Below, in pieces: positions 61,031 to 64,000 of a DNA stretch of 64,000 nt (position 1 is the first letter of the stretch; each line of letters opens with the position of its first letter). The DNA lies in assembly GCF_036321535.1 (NCBI RefSeq), contig NC_087436.1:109370001-109434000 (forward strand). The letters run 5' to 3'. Origin of the DNA: Camelus dromedarius. Its lineage: Eukaryota. Under the pieces are notes generated by a model, which was given only the letters and a program-made list of their open reading frames with translations, ran no database searches and was not told the DNA's origin. Both the position numbers and the translations under genes were made by a program.

Positions 61031-63639
61031 GCACCAAGAGGCCCTAAGGCACAAGGTTAGTGTCTCTTCGTACACAGCTATCTGTGAGATTGTTTTCTTA
61101 ACTTTTTGTAAGTGTAGAAAATTTCATGATTAAAAAAGAATTAAAACAAAGGGGCAGAATCAGAAAAGCCAGATTAGAAGCAATGTTTTCTTTTAGCAAA
61201 TGTAAAAGAGCAATTAAGGAAGACAAATGGCCTAAGTTTTTGGCTTTGTAACAATTTAGACCATGACTCAGAGCAAAAAAAAGGCTTTACCTATTGACCC
61301 GATATGTGCAAAACTTTTACAGAACACCACTTAGCCCTTACTATGCTGGATACACGAGATTTCTTTTGTTTGTTTTGTTTTGCTTTGGTTTGTTTTCCGA
61401 TCTCTGTTACTCTAGGCTGTGCTGGCTGCGCTTGGCCCCTTCTTCTGCCCCCTTTCTTCTCTTTCCTTTTAAAGATGCCACTTCTGACCAGTTATATTGA
61501 CTTTGAGACCCACTCGTGGATCGTGGCCCAAAGTTTGAAACATCTTGGTCTAGTGCCAAGAAAAAGACATTTGAATTAGATCCACAATTTAATTCTGACT
61601 TTGTCATTGTCTTCAAAGTCTGTAAAACTCACTTACCTGTGTTGGCAGAGCTTCATCCCAGGAGGAATGGGAATGACAGTGCACTGGGCTCCTTCATCCA
61701 TTATTTACCGAGCATCTCTCCTCGCCAGACCCTTCCCAAACACTGACGGGCTCAAGATAGTTGATGCTTATTGAGGATGCTTTTCATTAACGAAAGGACT
61801 ACGCCATTGTCATCATTTTACCAAACAGCCAAATAGAGATTCAGCAAAAGGTAGACAGCAAAATAGAGACTCAGTCTCAATTATGCCAAAGGCTTTTTAT
61901 AAGACCTGGAGGTTCTCAAATGTAGTCCCCTGGAGATCATCACACATACGAACACTGGAAATAAAATGTTTTACAGGAAAACTTTCCCTGGTATGTATTA
62001 AACATGACTTGTACTCTCTTAATTCTCTGCTGAATACAAATGTGGTAACACTTTAAAAAAATCACATTAATCTTACACCCAGCTATCACTTACTTATTTG
62101 TGCTTTGGGGGACCTCTTGCCCTCTCCTTTCACCTCCCTTAAGTCACATTCCGGGTGAGGTGCTGTGGTGTTCAGGCAATAGGAGAAGGAGCTCAGCCTT
62201 CAGCTCCTGGTGCTTACTTCTGGGATGTCCTGTGGTCCATTCCACGTCCTCCTCCCCTTTGCCAAAATGGGGCAAGGAGATTCTTTCTTGTAGCTCCTGG
62301 AGCCATGGTCCTTGGACACCATAAACTTCAGTGCCTGTTCTCCAGCCCACCCATCAGAGGCCTTGGAGTGGTAAGGAGCTCCACCACCTACTCAACTCTC
62401 ACCACCATAAAAACACGCCAACAAATGAACAACATCACTTCTTCACCTCTGTCAGCCTTGGATCTGCCTGCCAGTCCTGAGACCCAGACTTCCCACTGTC
62501 CAAACCCCAGGCTCTCACTCCACCACCTCAGAGCCTAGGACAAGTTACTTCTTTTTGAAAAATTACATCTTGTAGGTGTGGCCTGAAGGGAAAGGATTCA
62601 TGCACACTGTTAGTCCTTGGGTGTATGTATAGAGGACAAAAGGAAGAATAATTCTTATTATTACTGATTATTCCACAGCTGCAAAGCAGAAGGCGAAATA
62701 ATATCTCCGTAAATTGTTCTGAAACACAATGCATCAGTGTAAACACTTATAGAAGACAATGTTTCTACATGTAACGTTTGGTGATAACATTTTTTCTTTT
62801 TAAAATGGTTTATTTTTACCATTTCTAATTATGAACTCTGTTCTAACAAGAAATAGAGATTCAAATGAACATATTATTAATTGCTATATGTATCTATTAA
62901 TTATTCAGTTTGTGTTTAAACCTCCGATTAGGAAGTTAATCCTGTCAACTTTACATGTTGTGACAATATTAGGTGAGTAAATATTGTTTCTTGCTGATCT
63001 TCTGGCTCCATGTTCATTATTCTGTTGTAGTAATTTGTTGTCTGTTTTGAGGGCAGCTTTTAAGAGCTCATTCTCTTTGAGGTTCTACAATTTCAAAATA
63101 GTGTTTCTAGGAATTGGTTTCAATTTATTCTATTATGAGCTCAGCTATGGATTTAAGATGAAGTTTATTTCATATATGTCCAATATTTCTAGATCTGTTT
63201 TAAAATGGAGGATTTTTAGGATATGTTGTGTACCATATTTTCAGAAATGAAAGTCCCAGGTGCCTGTTTCCAGGACATTTTTTGTGTGTGCAACATTTGC
63301 TATATCAAAATGAAGGATTAAACCAAGAAGAAGGCAGGATCCTGAAACACACATGCACACACACAGCAACAACAACAACAACAAAGAGAGAATAGATGCA
63401 AAGTGGGAAATTCCAGGATAGCAAGTATACGGCAATTGGAGGGCAATCAGACCAAACAGGAGCAGTCAGAATGGGGTTCCAGGAGGTACGGTGCAGAAGT
63501 GAATAAACAATAAGCAAATACACAAAGTGATAAAAATGCCAGACCACCTTATGTGTTCAATCATGTGAAAAACAGTATTCAGAGGGATTTTACTCCTATG
63601 TTAGAAAGAATTAAACATGTTAAATTAAAAAAAAAAAAG

Positions 63640-64000
63640 CCATCATTATCTCTAACAAAAACAAAAAGGCAAGAAAAACCAAGACAATGGAATCATGATA
63701 TATTACTAGACTCAGGTATAAACAATTCTGATTTAATCGGTAATGTAGACACAAATTTTGATTCAAACAGAAGTGTTAGTATATTTATATAATGCACACA
63801 TTTATATTGGAAGGACAGAAGGGGTGGACATGAGTGTGTGTGTGAATGGAAGGGAAAGCAATGATCTGAGTGCCAAAAGCAAAACTTTCTTCATGAAAGT
63901 TGAATAGAAAATATCTAAAATGGATATAACAAAAATATTCTGACATGTAGATTATTTAGAAAACATGGAGATGACTGGAGTGGAGGACTTACACATGGAG
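63640..64000 (+). mobile_element. Possible old L1/HAL1 remnant
   Basis: A-rich, with L1 inter-ORF-like words; heavily decayed. Confidence 0.35.

Noticed and set aside
61826..61875. Short direct repeat acagc(c/a)aaatagaga(t/c)tcag, CRISPR-like at a glance
   Set aside because: Only two units, lying within a MIR remnant in mammalian DNA; a simple local duplication.
1..64000. Host protein-coding gene or novel multi-gene system
   Set aside because: All ORFs are short (173 aa or less), compositionally biased, and either unrecognisable or transposon-derived. No consistent exon chain, CpG-island promoter or operon-like structure is visible. The window reads as intergenic or deep intronic DNA.

Overview
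This is non-coding mammalian genomic DNA: AT-rich, CpG-depleted and dense with interspersed repeats. It is most likely camelid (alpaca, llama or camel), judged from tRNA-Ala-derived Vic-1-type SINEs and camelid-type L1 3' ends. I found no credible host protein-coding gene, RNA gene, CRISPR array or prokaryote-like system. The ORF-track entries are chance ORFs, microsatellite translations, or decayed L1/L2/ERVL reading frames. The window is a layered record of MIR, L2, CR1/L3, old L1M, MaLR (MLT1), ERVL (MLT2, LTR33, LTR41-like) and hAT (MER5, MER94) elements, plus younger camelid L1, SINE and ERV1-LTR insertions. The most interesting structure is at about 27.6-31.8 kb. There, a ~285-bp non-repeat segment is duplicated in inverted orientation (~80% identity by hand alignment), flanking a ~1.5-kb block that appears to have inverted and split an L1MC1-like element, which is the staggered-break inversion signature. 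One copy retains its CpGs and sits beside E-box and FOX motifs. Also present are a decayed ~7-kb ERVL provirus with nested insertions, a twin-primed (5'-inverted) L1 and a very young L1 with a perfect target-site duplication (TSD). Repeat subfamily names come from my recollection of consensus sequences, and boundaries are approximate unless termini or TSDs are quoted.
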